Shown: positions 28,559 through 39,282, numbered from the stretch's first letter. The stretch: DNA of 64,000 nt from Parcubacteria group bacterium Gr01-1014_13 (GCA_007376295.1 VMGB01000001.1:413969-477968), one strand, 5' to 3'. Notes: generated by a model not told the origin, from the sequence alone. Numbers and translations: made by a program.

Positions 28559-29134
28559 CTATATACTGTAAGTAAACAAACTGAGGATACCAAAAACAAT
28601 GGCCAGATAAAAAGTACCTTTTGAGATCGGAAGCAAGTGCTCTATATTAAAAATAATTGATAATAAAAGAATCAATACTCCTAGCACTTGTAAAATCATT
28701 TTAATCTTCCCCCACCAATTTGCCTGCGGATGCTCCTCGCCACGCTTATACTTTAGTAATGCCGCGACAATTATAATAAATTCCAAAACTATAACCACCC
28801 AAGCTGTATAAACATCGACATACTTTAAAACTAATATATAGGCTACCGTACAAATAAGAATTTTATCAGCCAAAGGATCAAGCATTTTGCCAAGATTAGT
28901 AACTTGATTCCTGGTTCTGGCCATGGCGCCATCTAGAGCGTCAGTAAAAGAAGTGGCCAAAAATAAAAACCCTCCCCACAAGTAACTATCCCGCCAAAAA
29001 AACCAAATAACAAGCGGCGTTAAAAATATACGGCCTACAGAAACATGGTTTGGTTTTATCCACCTTGGAAACAATGGCAAAAAAACTTTAGCCAATAATT
29101 TATCCATCCAACTAATTTTTATTTCTTCTGACAT
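28559..29134 (-). CDS. CDP-alcohol phosphatidyltransferase (PgsA-like)
   Basis: PNHVS, TDALDGAMAR...GKMLDPLADK, GKIK. Confidence 0.9.
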   Translation of the reverse strand: MSEEIKISWMDKLLAKVFLPLFPRWIKPNHVSVGRIFLTPLVIWFFWRDSYLWGGFLFLATSFTDALDGAMARTRNQVTNLGKMLDPLADKILICTVAYILVLKYVDVYTAWVVIVLEFIIIVAALLKYKRGEEHPQANWWGKIKMILQVLGVLILLLSIIFNIEHLLPISKGTFYLAIVFGILSLFTYSI

Positions 29135-29233
29135 ATACCCTAAACTTACTAGAGGTGAAGCAAATGAAATTTTAATTTCATTTGTGAGGTTCGACGTAAT
29201 TTCAAGCTTCGCTTATATTTTACTCTATTCTGC

Positions 29234-29887
29234 TTAACTACGCAAAGAAAATGTGGCGAGATTGTTTACAGGTTTTCTTTTAAAATACCAAAATACCAAT
29301 ACACTAAGAATAGCCGCGAAAAAGCACCAGACCGAAAAAAATGTTTCATTAAAGAAATAACCAGCGATAACAAAAGCAACAAACAAAGTGATGCCAAATA
29401 TATTTATTATTTTATGTTTTGAAACAATAGCGCTTCCGCACGTTACAACTACATAGAAAGCCACTATCCAAAGCGGGTATAAATGAGGCGAAAGATAGGC
29501 AATGCTATTGTTAACAATTTGTGATGTTACCGGATCAGCAAGAATAAAATAAAGCAAATACATTCCCACCGCCAAACCAACTACAAAAAACAAATATAAG
29601 ATCTTTTTTCGCAGACGATCTGTCTCTAATAATAAAATAGAAAAGGGAATAAAAATCGGCCACAATACATGAGAAAATATCGAATAAGCGTAAGTCATTG
29701 CCGTGTTAAGTAAAGGCGAACCAAAAGAAAGCCATATTACCCCTTCGATAATTTGTTGAATTCCAAACAAAAGCGGGATTGCGGCAAAAGGAATCTCCGC
29801 CTTTCCTTTTGCCTTTGTTATGGTTGCCACTCCAACTGCCGATAACGCGGAGCCAGCTACAAAACTGGCTGTGGCCGAAAAACACAT
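29234..29887 (-). CDS. Conserved multi-TM membrane protein
   Basis: MCFSATASF start, FGIQQIIEG, SVWCFFAA. Confidence 0.75.
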   Translation of the reverse strand: MCFSATASFVAGSALSAVGVATITKAKGKAEIPFAAIPLLFGIQQIIEGVIWLSFGSPLLNTAMTYAYSIFSHVLWPIFIPFSILLLETDRLRKKILYLFFVVGLAVGMYLLYFILADPVTSQIVNNSIAYLSPHLYPLWIVAFYVVVTCGSAIVSKHKIINIFGITLFVAFVIAGYFFNETFFSVWCFFAAILSVLVFWYFKRKPVNNLATFSLRS

Positions 29888-29924
29888 AATTACTTTTTAA
29901 CTGTGATTCAACCCGTTTTAATGC

Positions 29925-30185
29925 TTAGTTTTGCTTCAAGCTGGCATTGTGCATCCAAGCGATATACGCTCCGCCCAAACCTGACCAAGCTGCTACCGAA
30001 ATAGCACCCAACAGCCAGCTACCAAAATTCATTCCTGAAAATCCGAGAAGTAATTGAAATAAATTCAAGTGCAGTTCGGCCGCTTTACTGGTAAGGAATA
30101 TTCCATAAACCATACAGATCGTATACGCGATTTCTCCGCCAAGTACGCAAAGTTTGGCATATTTACCAAGAGATACTTTTCCCAT
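29925..30185 (-). CDS. Small 2-TM membrane protein next to the copper operon
   Basis: Two hydrophobic segments; YTIC...LH and WMHN motifs. Confidence 0.65.
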   Translation of the reverse strand: MGKVSLGKYAKLCVLGGEIAYTICMVYGIFLTSKAAELHLNLFQLLLGFSGMNFGSWLLGAISVAAWSGLGGAYIAWMHNASLKQN

Positions 30186-30321
30186 ATTTTTAAATACTTA
30201 AAAAAAATAGACTATTTACACTGTCCTATCTTTTAGCTTGTTAGCATGTTTACCTCCTTTCCTTTATAGCCGCTCTCTAATCTATATAGCATACCACTAT
30301 TCCGCATTTATATAAAATATG

Positions 30322-32559
30322 TCAGATAATATTTTTGCGCTTAAGCAAAAGGGAGTTAGCAACCACCGAAATGGAGCTGGTGGCCATGGCCACCGAAGCA
30401 AAAATCGGACTAAGCAGAAGTTGGAAGAATGGATACAGCACGCCCATGGCTACCGGAATAAGAATGATATTATAGGCAAATGCCCAAAACAGATTCATTT
30501 TAATCGTGCGCATAGTTTTTTTGGAAAGCACAACTGCGGCGGCCACCGAACGCAAATCTTTGTTAATCAAGGTTATATCGGCCGCTTCTATGGCCACATC
30601 AGTCCCGCTGCCCATAGCAATACCCACATCAGCTGCAGCCAGAGCCGGAGCGTCATTGATACCATCACCCACCATAGCGACCACCTTGCCTTCAGCCTGA
30701 ATTTTTTTCACTTCCGCTTCTTTTTGATCGGGTAGCACTTCGGCCAATACCCGCGTAATACCCAACTTTGCGCCAATAGCGGCGGCTGTGCGCTGATTAT
30801 CTCCAGTAATCATAACCACTTCAATCCCTAATGCTTTGAGAGCAGCCAGCCCATCTTTGGCAGTATCTTTAATAATATCAGCCACAGCAATCAGACCGGA
30901 CAATGCTCCATTAGCGGCTAACATCATTACAGTTTTACCGTCATTTTCTAATTTAATAATTTGATTATTCTGCTCATCTGTAATCGTAACTTTTTCCCGT
31001 TCCATCAACCGACGGTTGCCAAAAAAAATTTTCACACCATCAACATTGCCCTCAACGCCATGGCCGGGGATAGCCTGGAAACTTTCAGCCTTGCTAATAG
31101 CGATTTTTTCTTCTTCCGCCTTCTTAACAATCGCTTCGGCCAGTGAATGTTCTGATCCTTTTTCAATAGATGCGGCCAGACGCAACAGCTCTTCGCTCTT
31201 TAGATGATTTACCGAAATAATATCTGTTACTTCGGGCTTGCCAACTGTAAGTGTGCCGGTTTTATCAAAAACAATCGTATTAATTTTGTGGGCTGTTTCC
31301 AAACTTTCGGCGTCTTTAATCAAAATGCCGTGTTCCGCGCCTTTGCCGGTTCCGACCATAATGGCCGTGGGCGTAGCCAAACCCATGGCGCATGGACAAG
31401 CGATGATAAGCACCGCCACGGTATTTAAAATAGCAAACAAAAGCGCTCTGTCGGCCGGACCAAAATTGTACCAAACCACAAACGTGGCCACAGCCAGCAT
31501 AATAACAATTGGCACAAAATATGAAGAAATGAGATCAGCGATGCGCTGAATAGGCGCTTTGCTGCCCTGCGCTTCTTGCACGAGTTTGATAATCTGAGCC
31601 AGCATGGTCTCCTGACCAACTTTTGTCGCTTTAAATATAAAACTACCAGTCTTATTCATTGTCGCCCCTACAACAACATCGTCTTTGGTTTTATCGGCAG
31701 GCATACTTTCTCCTGTGACCATTGATTCATCTATGCTTGATTCACCCTCGACAATAATGCCATCTACGGGAATTTTTTCACCAGGACGGACACGAATGTG
31801 ATCGCCAATTTCTACTTCATTGATTGGCAAATCGATTTCTTTGCCATCACGCACCACGCGCGCGGTTTTAGCTTGTAGACCAATTAATTTTTTAATAGCT
31901 TCCGACGTACCAGCTTTGGCTTTAGCTTCAAAATAACGGCCAAGTAAAATTAGGCCGATAATAATCGTACTTACATCAAAATACGGCATCGGTTCAATAC
32001 CAGCCCTTTCCACCACAGAAGGCATAATAGTTACAAATGCCGAATAACCAAACGCTACAGTCGTGCCCATTGCCACCAGTGTATCCATGTTGGCGCTGCG
32101 ATGTTTGAGCGCCGAAAGAGTGGCGCGATAAAACCCAAACCCAGCCCAGAACTGTACCGGCGCGGCCAAAAATAACTGAACCCAAAAATTTTGTAAAAAC
32201 ATTGGCGCGGATTTCATCAGACCGGGAAAACTTCCCCAAAGTATCAGACCGCCCAATACCAGACTAACAATGACTTTAACGCGCAAATCCTTAAGTTCTT
32301 TCTGCTTTTCTTTTTGCTCTCCATCTTCTGATTTCAACTCCTCGCCGATCATCGCTTGATAACCGACATTGGATACAGCTGACTCTAAATGTTTATCCGT
32401 GACTTTTTGCGGATCATACGAAACAGTGGCTTTCTCGGTTGCCAGATTCACATTTGCCTGGCTGACGCCATCTATTTGTTTCAGCGCCCTTTCCAGCATA
32501 GTAACGCACGAGGCGCAATGCATGCCTTTAATGGAAAACGTTTTTTTAGATTCAGACAT
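30322..32559 (-). CDS. copA: Cu(I)-translocating P1B-type ATPase
   Basis: [38 protein letters not shown]...MATSS. Confidence 0.95.
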   Translation of the reverse strand: MSESKKTFSIKGMHCASCVTMLERALKQIDGVSQANVNLATEKATVSYDPQKVTDKHLESAVSNVGYQAMIGEELKSEDGEQKEKQKELKDLRVKVIVSLVLGGLILWGSFPGLMKSAPMFLQNFWVQLFLAAPVQFWAGFGFYRATLSALKHRSANMDTLVAMGTTVAFGYSAFVTIMPSVVERAGIEPMPYFDVSTIIIGLILLGRYFEAKAKAGTSEAIKKLIGLQAKTARVVRDGKEIDLPINEVEIGDHIRVRPGEKIPVDGIIVEGESSIDESMVTGESMPADKTKDDVVVGATMNKTGSFIFKATKVGQETMLAQIIKLVQEAQGSKAPIQRIADLISSYFVPIVIMLAVATFVVWYNFGPADRALLFAILNTVAVLIIACPCAMGLATPTAIMVGTGKGAEHGILIKDAESLETAHKINTIVFDKTGTLTVGKPEVTDIISVNHLKSEELLRLAASIEKGSEHSLAEAIVKKAEEEKIAISKAESFQAIPGHGVEGNVDGVKIFFGNRRLMEREKVTITDEQNNQIIKLENDGKTVMMLAANGALSGLIAVADIIKDTAKDGLAALKALGIEVVMITGDNQRTAAAIGAKLGITRVLAEVLPDQKEAEVKKIQAEGKVVAMVGDGINDAPALAAADVGIAMGSGTDVAIEAADITLINKDLRSVAAAVVLSKKTMRTIKMNLFWAFAYNIILIPVAMGVLYPFFQLLLSPIFASVAMATSSISVVANSLLLKRKNII

Positions 32560-32568
32560 ATTATTTTA

Positions 32569-32928
32569 TTATTTAACAATCAACTTTCCATGAAACATAT
32601 TCATGCCGCAGACAAATTCATATTCCCCCGCTTTTTCCGGCTTTATTTCCACAGAAACAGTTTGATTTAACGGCAAAAATTTACGGATTTTAAATTCCGG
32701 CACGACTACTTCTTCCAAACAACTCGACGGGTCTTTGCGGGTAAACCGCAATGTAGTAGTTTTGCCTTTGGCAATAACGATTGTGTTTGGCGAATAGCCG
32801 CCTTCAACTGTTATATCCACCAAATCACCGGCAGTAACCGTTTTTTCTTTTTTCATCAAAAAGAACCAATAAATAAAACCCATCACACCGATACCGATAA
32901 TTGTGACAATAATATTGTCTAGTTGCAT
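32569..32928 (-). CDS. Membrane-anchored cupredoxin (CupA-like)
   Basis: N-terminal TM, GGYSP, SSCLEE, FVCGMNM. Confidence 0.85.
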   Translation of the reverse strand: MQLDNIIVTIIGIGVMGFIYWFFLMKKEKTVTAGDLVDITVEGGYSPNTIVIAKGKTTTLRFTRKDPSSCLEEVVVPEFKIRKFLPLNQTVSVEIKPEKAGEYEFVCGMNMFHGKLIVK

Positions 32929-32952
32929 AAAATAAATAAATAAATTAACTAA

Positions 32953-34272
32953 CTAATCTGTTACGATAAATTTGCCGCGGTACATACCCATAGAACAAGA
33001 AAAAGGAATTTCGCCAACTTGGGTGGGTGTAAAAGTAATAATATTTTCTCCAGCGCGGAGTGATTTGCTTATGCCATACTTTGGCACCACCAAATACGCG
33101 GTGCAATGCAAAGAGGTCTCAGAAGTAATTATCCATTTCACTGGCTGTCCTTTTTTAATAGTAAATATATTTGGTGAATACCCTGTACGCCCTTGCATCA
33201 TCCGCACTTCTTGGGCATTTTGTTCTACAACTGCGACGGCTTTGGTGTCGGCGCGACGGCCAAACAACCGACTACCATTAGCAATGTTTGCCCAGCCCAA
33301 AAGAATTACTGTCAATCCGGCGGTCATAAAAAATATCCGGGCCTTACGGCCTTTGAATATAGAAGTCAAACCACCAATACCCAGCAATCCAGGTGCGGTG
33401 CCAATCGCAAATAGCCCCATAATTACGGTGCCTTGCCAAAAACTGCCTGTAGATACCGCATACAGTTGCATAGCTTGGGTAAAACCGCAGGGCAAGAAAA
33501 ATGTTAACGCTCCTACTACTATCGCGCCTTTATGACTATATTCTTTTACTTCTTTTTTTAAACCAAAAAATCTGGCAATGCCAGACGGCAAAGTAATGCT
33601 TTTGTCGCGCAGAGCGGGAAAAATTTCTATAAGTTTTAAACCAAAAAATACCATTACAAAACCAATTAGTACAGTGAGAAATCCAAGTAAATTATTTGAT
33701 GGTTTGAAAGCCTGGCCGATAAGACCAATAAGACCGCCCAAAAAAGCAAAGCCCAAAATGCGGCCAATATTAAAATATATATGTGGACGAAATTTTTGCA
33801 GCGACGTAGCTTCCGGGTGCTGTTCGGCATGACGCGCCGACAGACTAAGCACCAAACCACCGATTAATGCCATACAAGTGGATACCCCGGCCACCAATCC
33901 CACCAAAAACGCCACAGCTACACCGGAATTTGGGGCATTGATACCCAGATCAAACATGTTGAACCATCTGGTGAGTAAATAAACTACAAAAAAAATACCA
34001 GCCGCCAGAGCCAGATCTTTGTAGTCCGCAGGATTGCGGGAAATCCAAGGTAATTTTTCTTTTTGCCCAACTTCGTAGCCGGCTGCTTGCACGGCTTTGG
34101 CTATATCCGAATCATTTATCTGGGCTGTACTCGAAAACTCAATTATAGCCAATGCTTTTTTCTGATTAGCATAGACGCTAAATACACCGGGGATTTTTTT
34201 TAATTCTTCTCCGATAAGTATTTCACATGCAGTACAATGCATGCCGCGGATAGGAATTATTTTTTTGTTCAT
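32953..34272 (-). CDS. HMA + DsbD_2/TauE-like TM + cupredoxin fusion
   Basis: GMHCTAC, STCMALIGG, FLPCG, FSCSMGM. Confidence 0.85.
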   Translation of the reverse strand: MNKKIIPIRGMHCTACEILIGEELKKIPGVFSVYANQKKALAIIEFSSTAQINDSDIAKAVQAAGYEVGQKEKLPWISRNPADYKDLALAAGIFFVVYLLTRWFNMFDLGINAPNSGVAVAFLVGLVAGVSTCMALIGGLVLSLSARHAEQHPEATSLQKFRPHIYFNIGRILGFAFLGGLIGLIGQAFKPSNNLLGFLTVLIGFVMVFFGLKLIEIFPALRDKSITLPSGIARFFGLKKEVKEYSHKGAIVVGALTFFLPCGFTQAMQLYAVSTGSFWQGTVIMGLFAIGTAPGLLGIGGLTSIFKGRKARIFFMTAGLTVILLGWANIANGSRLFGRRADTKAVAVVEQNAQEVRMMQGRTGYSPNIFTIKKGQPVKWIITSETSLHCTAYLVVPKYGISKSLRAGENIITFTPTQVGEIPFSCSMGMYRGKFIVTD

Positions 34273-34279
34273 ACAAAAA

Positions 34280-34555
34280 TCAATTATCTTTTTTGGATAA
34301 TTTATACACCTTCATTACTTCACCAACAGCTTTGGCATGTTGGCCTGATTTTATTTGATTTACTACACAAGTAGACAAATGACTTTCGAGTAATGCGTCT
34401 TCAAAACTGGAAACAGCTTTTTTTACGGCGCTGGCTTGGGTAATAACATCCACGCAATAAGTGCCATTTTCGAGCATCGCCTGTAAACCGCGAATCTGCC
34501 CTTCAATTATTTTTAGGCGTTTGAGAAGTTTGTTTTTTAACGGAGATTTTGACAT
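34280..34555 (-). CDS. csoR: Copper-sensing repressor CsoR family
   Basis: RLKIIEGQIRG, YCVDVITQ, HLSTC; likely start MSKSP. Confidence 0.88.
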   Translation of the reverse strand: MSKSPLKNKLLKRLKIIEGQIRGLQAMLENGTYCVDVITQASAVKKAVSSFEDALLESHLSTCVVNQIKSGQHAKAVGEVMKVYKLSKKDN

Positions 34556-34560
34556 ACATT

Positions 34561-35172
34561 TTATTTGTACCAATTCTTATACCAATCTTGCATTTCCTTT
34601 ATTTCTTTTAACTGTGATTGAATAATATCGTCTGCGAGAGACGACATCTCTGGTCTATTAGTGCCAGACTTCAACATTTGCGCCATCATTATAGCCAATT
34701 GATGATGCGGGATCATAGCTTCAATAAATGCTTTATCAAAATCAGCTGAGGCTTCTAGTATTTTTATATCTTCTTGTCCTCCCATATGCATTCCTCCTTG
34801 AGACATCATGCCCCCCATCATTACATAGGCTTTATCCGAGACATCCTTTCCGAACCAGTCTTTATACCAAATTCTCATATCTTTAATTTCTTTGGACTGC
34901 GCTTCTATAATCGCATTCGCTAGCGTTTTAATTTCCTGACGTTGTGATTTTTGGATAGCAAGATTTGCCATAGCAATTGCCCCATCATGATGCGGTATCA
35001 TCTGCTCAATAAAATGGCGGTCGATTGAACCCATACCCGCTGGCCATTGGCCTGGCGCTAAGCCAGTCCTCCAAGGCATCATTGAACCGAACCACAACAT
35101 CGGACTTAATAATAAGGTAATGATTACCCCGACTAATATCCCCCCAATTCCAAATAAAATTTTATTGTTCAT
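34561..35172 (-). CDS. DUF305/CopM-like exported copper-binding protein
   Basis: Two MIPHH repeats with a Met-rich linker. Confidence 0.85.
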   Translation of the reverse strand: MNNKILFGIGGILVGVIITLLLSPMLWFGSMMPWRTGLAPGQWPAGMGSIDRHFIEQMIPHHDGAIAMANLAIQKSQRQEIKTLANAIIEAQSKEIKDMRIWYKDWFGKDVSDKAYVMMGGMMSQGGMHMGGQEDIKILEASADFDKAFIEAMIPHHQLAIMMAQMLKSGTNRPEMSSLADDIIQSQLKEIKEMQDWYKNWYK

Positions 35173-35205
35173 ATTTTTTAAATTATTTTTTATGGAATAA
35201 TTTAT

Positions 35206-35234
35206 ATTATACCCCCATGGGGTATTGGTGGCAA
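35206..35234 (-). promoter_or_regulatory. Copper-operon promoter with CsoR operator
   Basis: TTGCCA-17-TATAAT overlapping the palindrome ATACCCC-CAT-GGGGTAT (35209-35225), a typical CsoR C/G-tract operator. Confidence 0.85.
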
Positions 35235-35284
35235 GAGCGGGTTATGCACAGATAAAATAAAAAAGACCCTTAACAGATCCCAGC

Positions 35285-35372
35285 TGGCGGAGAGGGAGGG
35301 AGTCGAACCCTCGATACATTTCTGTATACACGCTTTCCAAGCGTGCGCACTAGGCCACTATGCGACCTCTCC
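35285..35372 (-). tRNA. tRNA-Ser(GGA), CCA encoded
   Basis: GGAGAGG...CACGC-TTGGAAA-GCGTG, long variable arm, GGTTCGACTCC...CCTCTCCGCCA. Confidence 0.95.
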
Positions 35373-36149
35373 GTTTGTTCGCTTCATCTTACTCAAAACC
35401 AACACCGAAGTCAACCCAACCAACACTGCCAACATCCCCCACTGTGCCGGCGTTAGAGCTGAATAACGCACATCGCCCCCCGGAAAGTCCGGTGTAGCGC
35501 GCAAAAAATCCAAGAAAAATCTGGCAACTGCATAACTCGCCACCGAATATCCAGCCACCAATCCAAAACGGATTTTAATTAATTTTTTAAATAAAAGATA
35601 AAAAGTAATAAAAAGAATAAAGCCTAAAATAGATTCCATTAAACCAAGATCAAACCTGGCTCCATCAGGAAATTTTACCCCTAAAATAAAATGCGTGAGG
35701 GTACCTGGATGATCATGAATTAAAAAACAGCCGATTCGCCCTATTCCCCAACCCAACCAAAAACCCAAAGCGCCGATATCAAAATAAGGCAATAATTCTT
35801 TGAATGTAAAGTGTCTTTTTTTAGCAAACAACCACAAACTTAAGCCCGCGCCGACAAACCCGCCCAGTGATGATGCGCCGCCATGCCAAAGTTTGATTGT
35901 TTCCATTGGATTGGCAACAAAATAAGCTGGATTATAAAATACAACATAAAAAACACGCGCCATTATAAACGCGCCGACAAGAGCCCATATCCCCATATCT
36001 AAAATCACTTCGCCGGAAAGTAGATATTTTTTAGAAAGAAAATAAGCAAAAGTTATGCCCGCGATAATTCCCAAAGCTACCAAAAGACCCCAAACGTGAA
36101 TAACGACAGGGCCAAGATGGATAAAATCGAATTGAAAAAAAGGAATCAT
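35358..36149 (-). CDS. lgt: Prolipoprotein diacylglyceryl transferase
   Basis: ARVFYV, WHGGASSLGG, GRIGCF, RFFLDFLR, TPAQW. Confidence 0.88.
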   Translation of the reverse strand: MIPFFQFDFIHLGPVVIHVWGLLVALGIIAGITFAYFLSKKYLLSGEVILDMGIWALVGAFIMARVFYVVFYNPAYFVANPMETIKLWHGGASSLGGFVGAGLSLWLFAKKRHFTFKELLPYFDIGALGFWLGWGIGRIGCFLIHDHPGTLTHFILGVKFPDGARFDLGLMESILGFILFITFYLLFKKLIKIRFGLVAGYSVASYAVARFFLDFLRATPDFPGGDVRYSALTPAQWGMLAVLVGLTSVLVLSKMKRTNGEVA

Positions 36150-37546
36150 TTTTTTAAATAAGGCAAAATATCTTTCGGATCATTAATAACCTTCAAAAAA
36201 TCTTCGTCTATTTGACTAATAGTTTTAAATTCGTAGCTCATACTATGAATTATATCGAGCAACGGCTTCCAGAATTCCCGACCATAAAGTATGGTTGGTA
36301 TTGGTTCAATTTTTTTCGTTTCCTGCAAGGTAAGCATTTCAAACAATTGATGCAAAGTGCCAAACCCGCCCGGGAAATAAATGAAGGCTTTCGCCGGTGA
36401 AGTAATGATTAACTTGCGCACGAATGGAAAAAAGAAACCAAGGGATTTGGTAATATAATTATTTACCCTCTCCCCTTTTTCAACACGCATATTTATTCCT
36501 ACACTCACTCCGCCTTTTTCAAAAGCGCCTTTGTTGGCCGCTTCCATGATTCCTGGGCCGCCGCCGGTAACTATGGTAAATTGATTTTCCGCCAACAATT
36601 GCCCGACTTCATATGCGGCGTTGTAATAAGACGTGCCGGGCAGCAAACTTTTTGTTCCTAAAACCGTAACGCTGTTGGAAATTTTTGTCAAAAATTCAAA
36701 ACCATCTACCAGCTCGGCCATTATTCTAAATATGCTCCAATCCAACCCGCCTTCACAATACAAATCAGTTGATCCTGGCTCACAAACATGCGGTCTGTCC
36801 GAAGTGTCTTTTATAAATTCAAACGCTTCTTTCGCGGTTTCCACAACCTGCCATCTATTTATTTCTTCTTCATCAACTGAATGAACGTCTCGCGCGGATT
36901 TGGCTTTTAAAAAACTAACGATTGGCCCCCAAAACTCTTTGCCTACCAAAATCACCGGAACTTTTGGTATGTGGCCATTTTCCATGTTGTCTACGACTTC
37001 AAAAAATTCATCCAGAGTACCAAAACCACCGGGGAAAAATACAAAAGCGTTGGCCGGAGAAGTAAGCATTACTTTGCGGCTGAAAAAATAATAAAAAGCG
37101 GTTGATTTATTTACATAAGGATTAACACGTTGTTCCCTGGGAAGCTGAATATTTAACCCGACTGAAACTCCACCGCCTTCAAACGCGCCCTTGTTGGCCG
37201 CTTCCATAATTCCCGGGCCGCCGCCGGTAATCGTAGCAAAACCATTTTTACCTAATAAATATCCCAAATCTTCCGCTATTTTATAATATTTATTATTGCT
37301 TGGAATTCGCGCCGAACCCAAAATAGTAACTTCTTTTTTTAAATCAGCTAAAAATTGATAACCTTCCACGAACTCGGTAATAATCCTAAAAATTCTCCAA
37401 CTGTCGCGATAATTTACCACTGCGCCGGCGCTGGCGGCAATCGCTGGTGATGCTTCCGTGTCTGTTGCAGGTTTGATTATATCTTCTACCTTAACCGGAT
37501 CTGCTTTTGGCAGGGTGGAATTTTTTAAATTTGAAGCTTTAGGCAT
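36146..37546 (-). CDS. Tandem two-domain LOG-family (TIGR00730) protein
   Basis: TGGGPGIMEAANKGA twice; PGGFGTLDE and PGGFGTLHQ. Confidence 0.88.
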   Translation of the reverse strand: MPKASNLKNSTLPKADPVKVEDIIKPATDTEASPAIAASAGAVVNYRDSWRIFRIITEFVEGYQFLADLKKEVTILGSARIPSNNKYYKIAEDLGYLLGKNGFATITGGGPGIMEAANKGAFEGGGVSVGLNIQLPREQRVNPYVNKSTAFYYFFSRKVMLTSPANAFVFFPGGFGTLDEFFEVVDNMENGHIPKVPVILVGKEFWGPIVSFLKAKSARDVHSVDEEEINRWQVVETAKEAFEFIKDTSDRPHVCEPGSTDLYCEGGLDWSIFRIMAELVDGFEFLTKISNSVTVLGTKSLLPGTSYYNAAYEVGQLLAENQFTIVTGGGPGIMEAANKGAFEKGGVSVGINMRVEKGERVNNYITKSLGFFFPFVRKLIITSPAKAFIYFPGGFGTLHQLFEMLTLQETKKIEPIPTILYGREFWKPLLDIIHSMSYEFKTISQIDEDFLKVINDPKDILPYLKK

Positions 37547-37549
37547 ATT

Positions 37550-38977
37550 TTAAGAATATAATTTATCACCTATTTTTAAAACTGCTTCTTCTCCCAATCT
37601 TGGTCCGATAATTTGCACGCCAACCGGTAAACCGGCGGCGGTTTTTCCGCAATTAACAGACAAAGCAGGCATACCGGCAATAGAAGCCGGGCTAACCATT
37701 ACATCGGCCATATACAAAGCCAATGGATTATCTTTCTTTTCGTCAATGCCAAAAGCGGGAAATGGCGAGGTTGGAGTAATTAGCGCGTCAACTTTTTTAA
37801 AAACATTTTCAAAATCTTTTTTTATTAAAGTACGGACTGTCTGCGCTTTTTTGTAATATGCATCATAATATCCGGCCGACAAAGCATACGTACCGATTAA
37901 AATTCGGCGCTTCACTTCTTCTGGAAAACCTGTTGCGCGTGAACTAGCATACAAATCATACAGGTCTTTGCCTTTTTGCCTGACTCCGTATCTTATACCA
38001 TCCATTCTGCCCAAATTTGAGCTGTCTTCGCTAGGCACTATGATGTAATAAACGGCAATGGCATATTTGGTGTGCGGCAAACTTACTTCTTCGATTTTAC
38101 AACCCAATTTTTTTAATTTAGCAATTTGTTGTTCGGTAATTTTTCTTACTTCCTCGTCTAAGCCTTCTAGTTCAAAATATTCTTTCGGAATTCCAATGCG
38201 CATGCCTTTTATTTTTCCCTCAACCTCTTCGCTATAGCTAGGAACCGGATCATTTACTGTAGTAGCATCAAGTCGATCATTGCCTGCAATTTGTTCCATA
38301 ACCAAAGCGGAGTCGTAGACAGTTTTTGTTATTGGCCCAACTGTATCTAAAGAAGAACCCATCGGCATGATACCATAGCGCGAATTACGTCCGTAGCTGG
38401 GACGAAAACCGGTGACTCCACAAAAACTAGCTGGCTGACGAATTGAACCGCCCGTATCTTCGGCAATAGCATAGATACACATATTGTCCGCTACTGCGGC
38501 AGCCGAACCTCCGGATGATCCGCCCGCGACCTTTGATAAATCGTGTGGATTGCGTACCGGACCATACATGCTATTTTCGTTACTAGCGCCATGACCAAAA
38601 GCATCGCAATTGTTTTTACCTAGTAATACACCACCTTGACTACGAATTTTGCCGATTACAGTTGCATCAAATGGTGGAATATAATTATCCAAAATTTTTG
38701 CCGAAGCGGTAGAACGTACCTCAGCTGTACAGATAGCGTCTTTTACAGCAAATGGAATCCCAGTAAGCGGCCCGGCCTTTCCTTGATGTATTAATCCATC
38801 AGCAATTTTTGCTTCTTCTAACGCTGATTCTTCACAAACAGTAATAAAGGCATTTATTTCTTTATTTCTAGCTTTAATCCTATCTAAACAAGCCTGCGTC
38901 AACTCCACAGAGGTAAATTTTTTCTTTTTTAATCCTTCACCAGCTTCTTTGATTGTGAGTTCGTTTAAATTCTTCAT
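37550..38977 (-). CDS. gatA: Asp/Glu-tRNA amidotransferase subunit A
   Basis: GGSSGGSAAAV, DTGGSIRQPA, RRILIGTYALSAGYYDAYY. Confidence 0.96.
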   Translation of the reverse strand: MKNLNELTIKEAGEGLKKKKFTSVELTQACLDRIKARNKEINAFITVCEESALEEAKIADGLIHQGKAGPLTGIPFAVKDAICTAEVRSTASAKILDNYIPPFDATVIGKIRSQGGVLLGKNNCDAFGHGASNENSMYGPVRNPHDLSKVAGGSSGGSAAAVADNMCIYAIAEDTGGSIRQPASFCGVTGFRPSYGRNSRYGIMPMGSSLDTVGPITKTVYDSALVMEQIAGNDRLDATTVNDPVPSYSEEVEGKIKGMRIGIPKEYFELEGLDEEVRKITEQQIAKLKKLGCKIEEVSLPHTKYAIAVYYIIVPSEDSSNLGRMDGIRYGVRQKGKDLYDLYASSRATGFPEEVKRRILIGTYALSAGYYDAYYKKAQTVRTLIKKDFENVFKKVDALITPTSPFPAFGIDEKKDNPLALYMADVMVSPASIAGMPALSVNCGKTAAGLPVGVQIIGPRLGEEAVLKIGDKLYS

Positions 38978-39276
38978 AAATCAGCTTGATTTTCAAATAC
39001 TCCCGGCACTACCAATTCGTTATTTTCCATTTGCGGCATCTGAGCTAACAACTCCTTGATTATTTTGCAATCGCGAGATTCGTCTGCCCGTACCACATCT
39101 TCTAAACCGGTAACTTGCGAGGTTTGTTCGACACCACTAGTGTCTACTTCATTTAAAATTTTCATATAATCCAAAACAACCGAAATGGTTTCGGCATAGC
39201 GTTTTTCTTCATCTGGGGCCAACTTAATTCTGGCCAGTTGAGCAATCTTTTTTAGCTCCTCGATAGATATGGACAT
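38974..39276 (-). CDS. gatC: Asp/Glu-tRNA amidotransferase subunit C
   Basis: IAQLARI, LNEVDT, RAD, VVP; upstream of gatA. Confidence 0.93.
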   Translation of the reverse strand: MSISIEELKKIAQLARIKLAPDEEKRYAETISVVLDYMKILNEVDTSGVEQTSQVTGLEDVVRADESRDCKIIKELLAQMPQMENNELVVPGVFENQADL

Positions 39277-39282
39277 AGTGAT

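Noticed and set aside
29234-35285. Copper operon as an island integrated at tRNA-Ser
   Set aside because: No integrase and no duplicated tRNA 3' end found on the far side
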